A DNA stretch of 64,000 nt, taken from the NCBI GenBank assembly GCA_965224215.1, contig CBDCYS010000055.1:4409-68408 (forward strand), given 5' to 3'. Source of the stretch: Bryobacterales bacterium (GTDB lineage: Bacteria; Acidobacteriota; Terriglobia; Bryobacterales; UBA6623). Position 1 is the stretch's first letter. Each line of letters starts with the position of its first letter. The notes beneath the pieces are model-generated. The model had not been told where the DNA came from, searched no databases, and saw only the letters and a program-made list of their open reading frames with translations. Shown in pieces: positions 47,990 to 56,859 of this stretch. The translations under genes and the position numbers were made by a program.

Positions 47990-49854
47990 TGTTGAATACC
48001 TTGGACGCCGTTCTCGATCGCCGCGAGAACTTCACTCACAGTGAAGGGCTGCCCTTCCACCTTATGGAGACTTAATGTATCGATTAAAAAGCGTGCGCGG
48101 ACCAGCATTTCAAGCTGCCCCATGTTGAGTTCCGCGACCAGAACCTTTTTGAAACGCCGCAGCACATCCTCCAGGTTCGCCGGGAACGGGTTGAGATGCC
48201 GCAAGTGCAGGTGCGAAACCTTGATCCCCTTCTTTCGCGCCGCAACGGTCGCCGCGTGGAGCGCCCCGTAGGTTCCACCCCAGCCCAGGACCAGCAAATC
48301 ACCGGAGTCGTCGCCGTCGGGCACTGCGAGCGCGATCTTTCTTGCGATGCGGGCCACTTTCTCGGCTCGCAGATGCGTCATGTCCTGGTGATTGGCGGGG
48401 TCGTAGGAGACGTTCCCTTCTCCATCCGTGTGTTCCAGGCCGCCAATACGGTGCTCGAGTCCCGCGGTTCCCGGCCGGGCCCAGGGCCGGGCAAGAGTGT
48501 CGGGGTTGCGGATGAAGGGGTGGAACCCTTCTGGATCCGTGCGGAACGTCACCGGAGTTTCAGGAATGGACTCCACGCTCGGGACCTTCCAAGGCTCTGA
48601 TCCATTGGCGATGTAGCCGTCGGAAAGCAGCACCACCGGCAACATGTGTTCGGTCGCAATCCGCACGGCCTCCAAAGCTGTGTCGAAGCAGTCGGCGGCG
48701 CTGCGGGCGGCAACCACCGCGATCGGTGACTCCCCGTTACGCCCAAACAGAGCCTGCAGCAAATCGGCTTGCTCGGTCTTCGTGGGCAGGCCGGTGCTGG
48801 GGCCGCCGCGCTGAACGTCCACCACGACGATCGGCAACTCGGTTGTAATCGCCAGTCCCATTGCCTCGGCCTTGAGAGCGAGCCCTGGGCCGCTTGTCAT
48901 CGTCAGTCCGATGTGGCCTCCAAACGCAGCGCCAATGATGGCGCAAACAGCCGCCATCTCGTCCTCGGCCTGCACCGTGACGACGCCTTGCGGTTTCAAT
49001 CGGGCCAACTCGGCCAAGATGTCCGAAGCCGGCGTGATCGGGTAGGACGCAACGAACAAAGGAACCCCGCTCTTTACCGATGCCGCGTAAAACCCAAGAG
49101 CCAGGGCCTTATTGCCGGTAATGTTGCGATAGAGTCCTCTCTCCTGCGGGGCTGCCGGAACTTCGTACTGCGTCTGGAACAGCTCACTTGCCAGCGCGAA
49201 CGCGTAGCCCGCATGCAAGGTGGTCAGGTTTGCTTCAACCACATCGGGCCTTTTCGCGAACTGCCGCTTGATCCAGCGCTCGGTCGTCTCCATCGGCCGC
49301 GAGTAGAGCCAGTACATGATGCCCAAAGCGTAGAAATTCTTCGAGCGCTGCTTAGCGCGGTTTTGCAGTGGCGAATCCTTCAGGACCTTTGAGGTATTGG
49401 TGGTCAGCGGGACCTGGATGGCCCGATAGCCATCAAGCGACCCGTCCGCGAGGGGGTTGGACTGATAGCCGGCCTTCGAAAGATTAGCGGCATTGAAGCC
49501 GTCCGTGTTGACAATGACCATGCGGCCCTTTCGCAGCGTGGGCAGGTTGACTTTCAGAGCGGCCGCGTTCATGGCGACCAGCACGTCGGGCTCGTCGCCG
49601 GGAGTGAAAATTTCTTCCGACGAGAACTGCAACTGAAAACCACTCACACCGGGGACGGTTCCCGCAGGCGCGCGGATCTCAGCCGGAAAGTCCGGAAGCG
49701 TTGCTACATCGTTGCCCAGCAAGGCCGAGGTCGTCGTAAACTGATTTCCAGTCAACTGCATCCCGTCGCCGGAATCACCGGCGAAGCGAATGACAACCGC
49801 GTCCTTCCGCTGTGCCCCGACCTTTTCGTCCTCTAGGACTTGCGTTGCTTCCAT
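47986..49854 (-). CDS. korA: 2-oxoacid:ferredoxin oxidoreductase, alpha subunit
   Basis: 622 aa. Overlaps korB by 4 nt. Has the gamma-like N-terminal domain (RFAGDSGDGMQ) fused to the alpha domain. Confidence 0.9.
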
Positions 49855-51151
49855 GCAAAGACCCCTCCTCTCTCCATTAGATCAAACCAGAGAGCTAGAT
49901 ATGTGGGTCAAGGGACATAAGCCCTTGAAAAAAGTAGCATTGAGCCGATTCAAGCTGCCGATCGGTCGCGCCCCGGCACAGCAGGCAAGTGGGGGAGACA
50001 GCTGTGCCCTACACGCGATAGGTCGCGTCGCGATGAAGCCGAGAGACATGCGGTTTGGACGAGGGTGGTTCGGTAAAGCCGCTGACTGGGCCAAGGGTGA
50101 ACTCTGGGAATCGCATCCTTAGCAGGCGGACGAGCCAGCGCTCGGCTGCCGCGCGGCGGGCGAAGGTGTGGGCGAAACTCAGACCCGCTCCCCACAGGAA
50201 CGCGTTCCAGCGGAACTTCGAGTGCTGGCGCAGCACCACCGCGTGGATCGTTCGCTCGCCCAGGGAGAAACTCAGGTGCCGTGCCAACATGGCCGTTCTC
50301 AAATATCATCGGCGCGACCGGCCTAAACTTGACAAAAAACATTTGCAGGGAGTTTCAAGCTCAGGCTGAAGCGTAGAGGATAACGATCGTGCTTCCAAAC
50401 GTGTCCGCCTCAACACAAGATGAACGACGGCTTCGTCACGCGCTGGGAAATAGCGATGACCAGCGTCAGCCAAGTGCATGCCCCCTTGCCGGCGAGCTTA
50501 AGCTCGCCGCCTCCCTCGCGCACCGCTTGCTCTGTTCGTTGCCGGACTCCCTCTTTGGCCATGACGGGGTTATGCACCCCTGGTTTCTTACCGCGGGGTC
50601 TCCTGGGAGGAAGCAGGTCCGCCGACCTGCACGTCAATTTCCAGGCGCCAACGCGCCGGATACCGTCAAAGACCAATGGCCGGTCACGGAACCGAGAAGA
50701 AACATCCCCTCTGTTTTCAACAACTGTTCCCGCCCGAAGCTTGACATTAGCAATAGTGCCGCTATTCTAAGAGCGGTGAATCGATCGAATCACAAGCGAC
50801 CCTGCACAAACTCGTGCTCAAACGAATGCAAAGACAAGCTGGGCCTCGCCAGGACCCAAAAATTACAAAAACCTGACAGAATCTGCCAAACCCTGCAAGC
50901 GAATTTCCTATACCACTGAAACAAAGCAGCTTATCCGAATCCACGAAACCCACGACTAGCCCGGGAAGCCGAAAATTCTCGTGAAAGTACATCGAAAAGT
51001 CCAAGGAAGTCCACGAAAACAGCACACTTTGCACTAGGAACGATCCGCCTAGCGTACATAACTGTTTCCATGAGGCTTGAAGCCGCGAAGCGGCGCAAGA
51101 TCGTAGCCCATCGGTGGAGCGGAAGAGCAACCCCCGGTAGGCTTGGGGTGC

Positions 51152-52831
51152 TTATCTTTCGAGATGGTTTAGAGCAACAATGATGGATTCCACCAAACCG
51201 CCGACCGTATATTCGCGGGCTTCGACGTCAACGCTGAGACCCAGTTCTCGAATCGTCTGCGATGTCACTGGCCCGATTGAGGCGATGCGCACCCCTTGGA
51301 GCCGTTCGGCCGGAAGATGTTCGGTCTCGGGACGTTCTGCCTGGAGGTGTTCTGCCTGGAGGTGTTCTGAATGACAAAGCTTGGCGAAATTCTTCGCCGT
51401 TGAGGAGCTGGTAAAAGTGATCCAGTCCGGTTTTTCATCAGCGGCAAAGATCCTTTCAGCGAGAGCGCTTGAGGCGTCCGGCAGAACGGTCTGATAGGCC
51501 GCCACCACGTCGATCAAGGCCCCCCGCTTCCCCAACTCCACCGGGATGGTATCTCGTGCCACCGCCGCGCGGGGCAGGAGTATTTTCTTCCCGTCGAGGT
51601 CTTCGGACTCGAACGCCGCCAGTACGCTCTCAGCCACGTATTCCTCCGGCATCAGATCGACTTTCAGGTGGAGCGAGGCGACAGCATCGGCAGTGGCCGG
51701 ACCGATGGCACAGATCTTCGCCCTCAAGTCACGAAGATCACCCGCTCCCGCATCGAGACGTTCGGTGAAATAGCGCACCCCATTTGAGCTGGTGAAGATC
51801 AGCCAATCGTACGAGTTCAGGCCCGCGATCGCACGATCGAGCGGCCCCCAGTCATCGGGCGCGCGTGTCTCTATGGTGGGAAGTTCGATCACGCTGGCGC
51901 CTAACTCGCGAAGCCGGGCGGACAAACTTGCGGCTTGCTCGCTGGCCCGTGTGACGACAATGCTGACTCCGAATAACGGGAGCTTTTCGAACCAATTGAG
52001 TTTGCGGCGAAGCGAAACGACTTCACCAACGATGATCAGCGCGGGAGGTTTGAGTCCGCTCCGGCGGATCCCGGCTGGCAGTGTCCCGAGCGTTCCTTCG
52101 ACCGTTCGCTGATCACCACGAGTTCCCCAGCGAACAGCCACAGCGGGAGTGCTGGGAGGGCGCCCCTCCTCGATCAGCCGCCGGGAGATGTCACCGAACG
52201 TCGTGAGTCCCATGAATATGACCAGCGTTTCGGCGCGGCCGAGCTTGCTCCAGTCGATGGCACCAACGTCGTGCCCGCTGACAAAGGTAGCCGCGGAAGT
52301 AAAGTCGCGGTGCGTGAGCGGAACGCCGGCGTAGGACGCCACACCGGCTGCGGATGTGACACCCGGCACGACCTCGAAGCGAATCCTGGCGTCAGCGAGC
52401 GCTTCCGCCTCTTCGCCCCCGCGGCCGAACAGATAAGGGTCTCCCCCCTTGAGCCGCACGACGCGTTTACCCGCTTGCGCATAGTTGATCAACATCTCGT
52501 TGACCTGCTGCTGCGTAAAAGCGTGCTCCGCCCTTTTGCGGCCGACGTATCTTGTTTCCACGCCCTGACGGGCATGGGCCAGCAATGAAGGCGTAGCCAG
52601 GTTGTCGTAGAGGATCACATCCGCTGACTCGATCAAGCGCAGACCCCGCACCGTCACCAGTTCCGGATCGCCGGGCCCAGCGCCGACCAAGTAGACGATG
52701 CCTTGCGCTTTCGCTTGGGGGGCCATGGAAGGAGAAAGAACTCCTTTAGGGTACCGAATAGCCAATAGGGTGTTCCCTGCGTTTCCTATGGGGTGTGGTC
52801 CTCCGAAAATAGTGCGGGATTGGGATGCCAA
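51152..52831 (-). CDS. cobA: uroporphyrinogen-III C-methyltransferase / uroporphyrinogen-III synthase fusion (CobA-HemD)
   Basis: VYLVGAGPGDPELVTVRGLRLIESADVILYDNL..RLKGGDPYLFGRGGEE (SUMT) followed by a HemD-like half. The likely start is ATG 52726 rather than 52831. Contains an in-frame 15-bp repeat at 51334-51370. Confidence 0.85.
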   Translation of the reverse strand: MASQSRTIFGGPHPIGNAGNTLLAIRYPKGVLSPSMAPQAKAQGIVYLVGAGPGDPELVTVRGLRLIESADVILYDNLATPSLLAHARQGVETRYVGRKRAEHAFTQQQVNEMLINYAQAGKRVVRLKGGDPYLFGRGGEEAEALADARIRFEVVPGVTSAAGVASYAGVPLTHRDFTSAATFVSGHDVGAIDWSKLGRAETLVIFMGLTTFGDISRRLIEEGRPPSTPAVAVRWGTRGDQRTVEGTLGTLPAGIRRSGLKPPALIIVGEVVSLRRKLNWFEKLPLFGVSIVVTRASEQAASLSARLRELGASVIELPTIETRAPDDWGPLDRAIAGLNSYDWLIFTSSNGVRYFTERLDAGAGDLRDLRAKICAIGPATADAVASLHLKVDLMPEEYVAESVLAAFESEDLDGKKILLPRAAVARDTIPVELGKRGALIDVVAAYQTVLPDASSALAERIFAADEKPDWITFTSSSTAKNFAKLCHSEHLQAEHLQAERPETEHLPAERLQGVRIASIGPVTSQTIRELGLSVDVEAREYTVGGLVESIIVALNHLER

Positions 52832-53181
52832 ACACTCCGCCGCGGCGTCGCCCTCTTCATATCCGCGGCTATTGTACTGGTAGAATGATCGCGAACCGTC
52901 AACACTCTGATCATGACCGAACTCACACAGGAGCCAACTTAATGAGCGACGTGCGCATCCACGATCTTCTTGACTACATCCGCAATGGGCGGATCATCGA
53001 CGCCATGCACGAGTTTTATGACGAGAAGGTAGTTATGGAGGAACCCGCTCACGGCCGGACGGAAGGCCTATCTGCAAACGTAGAGCGAGAAAAGCAGTTC
53101 GTCGCTTCGGTCAAGGAGATTCGCGGCTTCGAGGTTCCTCACGTAGCGGTAGGGGAGGGCGTATCCATGTATGAAAACGTT

Positions 53182-54500
53182 CACTACTGTCCGGTTAAAA
53201 GTCGAATAGAATCAGCTGGTTAGGGTCATCGAGTAAGTTTTCGTGGGAGTCGGACGGCTGCAAGGCCTGTAAAATGGGCGTTTTCTCAAAAAGGGTAACG
53301 CTGAGAATCTGTAGAATTTGGTAGAGACTCGCCTCCAGGCCCAACCTCTTGCGCGCGATCGCGACCAGTACGTAAACCGAGACCGCGATCCAGATTTGCG
53401 TCTTCACGGCGTTCTCGCTGGTACCGTAAAACTGCTTGATCCGCAGGAGCTGCTTGATCCACTTGAAGAACAACTCGATCTGCCAACGCGACTTGTAGAT
53501 GCGGGCGATGGTCAGCGCCGGGAGCGCGAAGTTGTTGGTCAGGAACTTCAGCCGCTTGTTCGTCGCGGCGTCAAAGTAGCTGATCCGCCGCAATGGGTCC
53601 GGATACGCCAGGGCCGACTCGATGGCAGTCAGTAGGACGGTCTGATCCGAGCGCACCCCCGTGGACTTGTCGACGGGATGCGAGTAGCGCCGTTGGCGCA
53701 AGATGTTCTTCTTGGTTCGCACGACGAAGAACGACGAGCAGAGGGTGAACACGAAGAGACGTTCGAAATCGACGTAGGCCCGATCCATGATGTAGAAGGC
53801 GCCGGGCTCGGGGAGGAACTCGTCGAGGATGTTGACGTCGTGCGTTTTGCCAGCGGTAATGCGGATAAACGTGGGGATGTTACCCCGCAGGTCCAACAGC
53901 GTGTGCATCTTCAGGGCGGCCTTGTGCCGGCGGAACTTGGCCCAGGGGAACAGCGAGAGGCACAGATCGATGGTGGTCGAGTCCAGAGCGTAGAGACTTT
54001 GATCGAGATCCACGCCGATCGGATCGCGGGCGTACAAAGGCCGCGCGATGCGAATCAAGACCTGGGCGAAATCGGCATAGATCCGCCAGTCGCGCGACTC
54101 GTTGGCGTCGGCCAGTGTGGAGCGCGCCACCTGGGAGCGGAATTCCCTGTGGTAGAGCTTGGCGCCGAGCGAACGCAGGCACGCTTCGATGTCGCGCAGG
54201 CTTTCGCGGTAGGTCAGCTGGGCGAACGCCATGCAGAGGAACTGATCCCAGCAGGAAAAGCCGCGCCATCTGCGATCTCCGTCGTAGCGGCTTACGCAGC
54301 GGCGGAATTCGCGATCCGGAAGGAAGCTGATCAACTGGGAGAATACGGTGCGGCCGAGGTTCATGAACCATTGTCGGCCGCCTCCGAAGTCGTTCCAGCC
54401 GTCCTTCGCCGTTCAAATCGCGGCAAGGGGAAAACAGCCCTAAGCTATGCTGGAACAATCAGTTGCCGCTCGCCAGTGAGTCGTTAACCGGACAGTAGTG
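53182..54500 (-). mobile_element. IS4-family insertion sequence (intact)
   Basis: Terminal inverted repeats CACTACTGTCCGGTTAA / TTAACCGGACAGTAGTG, with a 9-bp target duplication GAAAACGTT at 53173-53181 and 54501-54509. Confidence 0.9.
53195..54364 (-). CDS. IS4-family DDE transposase (DUF4372-type N-terminus)
   Basis: 389-aa intact ORF. ..YALDSTTIDLC.., ..FYIMDRAYVDF.., ..IYKSRWQIELFFKWIK.. give the DDE with the Y..RW.IE..FK signature. Confidence 0.9.
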   Translation of the reverse strand: MNLGRTVFSQLISFLPDREFRRCVSRYDGDRRWRGFSCWDQFLCMAFAQLTYRESLRDIEACLRSLGAKLYHREFRSQVARSTLADANESRDWRIYADFAQVLIRIARPLYARDPIGVDLDQSLYALDSTTIDLCLSLFPWAKFRRHKAALKMHTLLDLRGNIPTFIRITAGKTHDVNILDEFLPEPGAFYIMDRAYVDFERLFVFTLCSSFFVVRTKKNILRQRRYSHPVDKSTGVRSDQTVLLTAIESALAYPDPLRRISYFDAATNKRLKFLTNNFALPALTIARIYKSRWQIELFFKWIKQLLRIKQFYGTSENAVKTQIWIAVSVYVLVAIARKRLGLEASLYQILQILSVTLFEKTPILQALQPSDSHENLLDDPNQLILFDF

Positions 54501-54837
54501 GAAAACGTTATGGACTGGCTCGACGTGGAAGGCAACGAAGTGCATGTGGAACAGGTGTCAGTCGCCACTTGGGAGAACGGCAAGATCGTTCACGAGCGCT
54601 TCTACTACGCGATGGGCTGATCCTGGCATCGATCGCTGATTCCAGCGCCAACCTGGCTGGTCGAGTACGTCGACCTCCGATGACCCGGCTAAAGCGAGAG
54701 AACCGCCCGTAGCTGGTTCTCGAAACCCGCTCCCGCGCGGGATTGTGACTTGGCAGCTCGGGAACAGTATCAAAACTCTTTCCCCGGCAGTCGTCTAAAA
54801 TGAATATTCAAACGTCAGTAAGGCAAGCGTGGCCTTC

Positions 54838-55905
54838 TAGCTAGCTCCTGCTTATACGGTTGTTTCAGCAAGCCCCAAGATGTTGGGGTGGAGGTCATCG
54901 CGTCTTGTCCAGGTCACGCGCGCGGCGGATGTGGGCGTAAGGCGTAGGAGCGTGTTGAGTTCCGAGACCGAGGAGGGTTTGGAAGGCTGCCATTGGGGTC
55001 TTGCGGCGGTTGTGTCGAAACACGAACTCATCGAGGTAAACCTGAAGCTGAGCGCGGCTCACGCCGTGGTACGTTCCGGTCAGCCATTGCTGCAGGTTGC
55101 CAATGGCACGATCCGCCAGCGGCACCACCGACTTGGCGCCTTTCCGCAAGTCAGTCCGGTGAGGTTGCGGACGAGAGACGTGTTTGTAGCCGGCCTCTTC
55201 GAGGGCGGTAAAGGTCTTCAGACCGTCTGTGTAGATGGTCGAGCCGGGAACAACGTTCTGGGCAAGAAACCTGTCGATCGTCACCTTCTTGAAGTCTGGA
55301 ATAACGGACATGCGAACGCGCCCGGAGCGCTTCCCGCGTTTTCTCAACAGCGACCATCACAAGGGCCGCACGGCGCCCCTTCAGTTGCCGGCTGCCTCGC
55401 AAACCTGCTTGCGGGCCGCCAATCCAGGTGTCATCGACCTCTACTTCTCCGTGCAAGGGCTCGCGAGCTGCGTTCACCATGGCCCGTCGCAGTTTGTGCA
55501 ACATCATCCAGGCGGTTTCGTAGCGCGACAGGCCGAGCTGACGCTGCAGTAGCAGCGCCGACACACCTCGTTTATCAGTTGTCATCAGGTACGCAGCCCA
55601 AAACCAAACCGTCAGCGGGGTCTTCGTATTGTGGAGCACCGTTCCCGACGTCAACGAGACCTGGTGTCGACACGCCGCGCACTGCCACCGTAGTTTCTGC
55701 TCGAGAATGTAGGCCTGCCGATGCCCACACTGAGGACAAAGGAACCCGTCGGGCCAACGACAAGCAGCCAGGTACTTCTGGCAAGCCTCCTCGGTCGCGA
55801 ACTCCACCTGAAACTGACGCAGACTCTTCGGAAACGGCGGCCGGGCCACGCCCTACCCTACATCTTGGGGCTTGCTGAAACAACCGTATAAGCAAGAGCA
55901 AGCTA
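54838..55905 (-). mobile_element. IS1595-family-like element, divergent third copy
   Basis: Terminal inverted repeats TAGCTAGCTCCTGCTTATACGGTTGTTTCAGCAAGCCCCAAGATG / reverse complement at 55861-55905 (2 mismatches). The inner part AGCCCCAAGATG is shared with copies 1 and 2. No matching flanking duplication was seen. Confidence 0.75.
54895..55849 (-). pseudogene. IS1595-family transposase with one frame break
   Basis: The N-part 55151..55849 (zinc ribbon CPQCG..CAACRHQVSLTSGTV) and the C-part 54895..55347 (..STIYTDGLKTF.., YLDEFVFRHNRR). A +1 shift falls at the T4 run 55339-55342; the total length is 3n+1. Confidence 0.8.
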
Positions 55906-56033
55906 TGCGCCCCGGCTGCCGAATAGACCCTCGCATGATGAATCTGCAACCTAGGACCGTGGGTTAAAGGCAGAAACTGCTCCAGTGTGCGATTACGCAC
56001 TGAAAAGAAATCGATTGCGGTAGAACAAAGTCT

Positions 56034-56855
56034 GTGATATTGTTTTTAAAGAAACGGGTACTGGCAGTTGGGGTCGGGCTGGTGACAGCCTTGTCCCTGC
56101 AGGCCGCGCCCATACCTGAACTGGAGAGTCGCCCCACGCAGTCGGTGGGGAATCTTCAACAAGGTGTGAAACCGGCCAGTACGCTGTTGCCAGGCTCTGT
56201 TTTAAGACGTTACGAAGTCCGCGAGGACGCCAGTGGTCGTTTGGTGCGAGTTGCCGTTCGATCTAGGAAGTCTTCAAAGGTTTCGGGCGGCAGTCTGCAA
56301 GCTGTACCGAGGAAAACGGTTGTCCAAGGTCGGTCGAGTTCGGTCACGAGAACAGGTGGCCGGCTCGACATTCACGCTTTGGTGCGGCAAGCCGGCGAAC
56401 GCCACAGCGTCGACCTGAAGCTGATTCATGCCGTGATCCGGCAAGAAAGCAACTACAACCCGTTTGCGGTTTCCAACAAAGGCGCACTCGGGTTGATGCA
56501 GTTGATGCCGGTTACGGCGGAGCGCTTCGGGGTAAAGGACATTTTCGATCCCGCCGAAAATGTTGATGGAGGAGTAAAATTCCTCCGTCACTTGCTGGAC
56601 CGCTACGACGGGGACCGTTCAAGGACCCTGGCGGCTTACAACGCTGGCGAAGCAGTGGTTGAACGATATCAGGGGATTCCCCCTTATCCGGAGACCGAAG
56701 ACTTCGTCAAGCGAATCAGCCGATTCCTAGCGCCCGGCAAAGATTTCGTTGGCGACGATGAAGACGATGGCAATTCCGGAAAGCCACTAAGGCCCCGGAT
56801 TGTAGTTCACCAAGAGCCATCTGGTCTGATTCGTTTTGAAACGGAATCAGATTAG
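56034..56855 (+). CDS. lytic transglycosylase (SLT domain)
   Basis: Signal peptide plus ..LIHAVIRQESNYNPFAVSNKGALGLMQLMPVTA..AYNAG.. (catalytic ES and the SLT motifs). Confidence 0.85.
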   Translation: MILFLKKRVLAVGVGLVTALSLQAAPIPELESRPTQSVGNLQQGVKPASTLLPGSVLRRYEVREDASGRLVRVAVRSRKSSKVSGGSLQAVPRKTVVQGRSSSVTRTGGRLDIHALVRQAGERHSVDLKLIHAVIRQESNYNPFAVSNKGALGLMQLMPVTAERFGVKDIFDPAENVDGGVKFLRHLLDRYDGDRSRTLAAYNAGEAVVERYQGIPPYPETEDFVKRISRFLAPGKDFVGDDEDDGNSGKPLRPRIVVHQEPSGLIRFETESD

Positions 56856-56859
56856 GGTA

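Larger units (their letters stand above)
52942..54620 (+). pseudogene. SnoaL-like / NTF2-fold protein gene split by an IS4-family element
   Basis: MSDVRIHDLLDYIRNGRIIDAMHEFYDEKVVMEEP...GVSMYENV | IS | MDWLDVEGNEVHVEQVSVATWENGKIVHERFYYAMG. Removing 53182-54509 restores one continuous ORF. Confidence 0.75.

Noticed and set aside
50389-50919. The 176-aa ORF (and overlapping ORFs) in the kor/cobA gap as a real gene.
   Set aside because: The translation is low-complexity (Ser/Arg/Pro/Cys/Asn rich), without hydrophobic-core periodicity, an RBS or any motif. Several overlapping frames are equally open.
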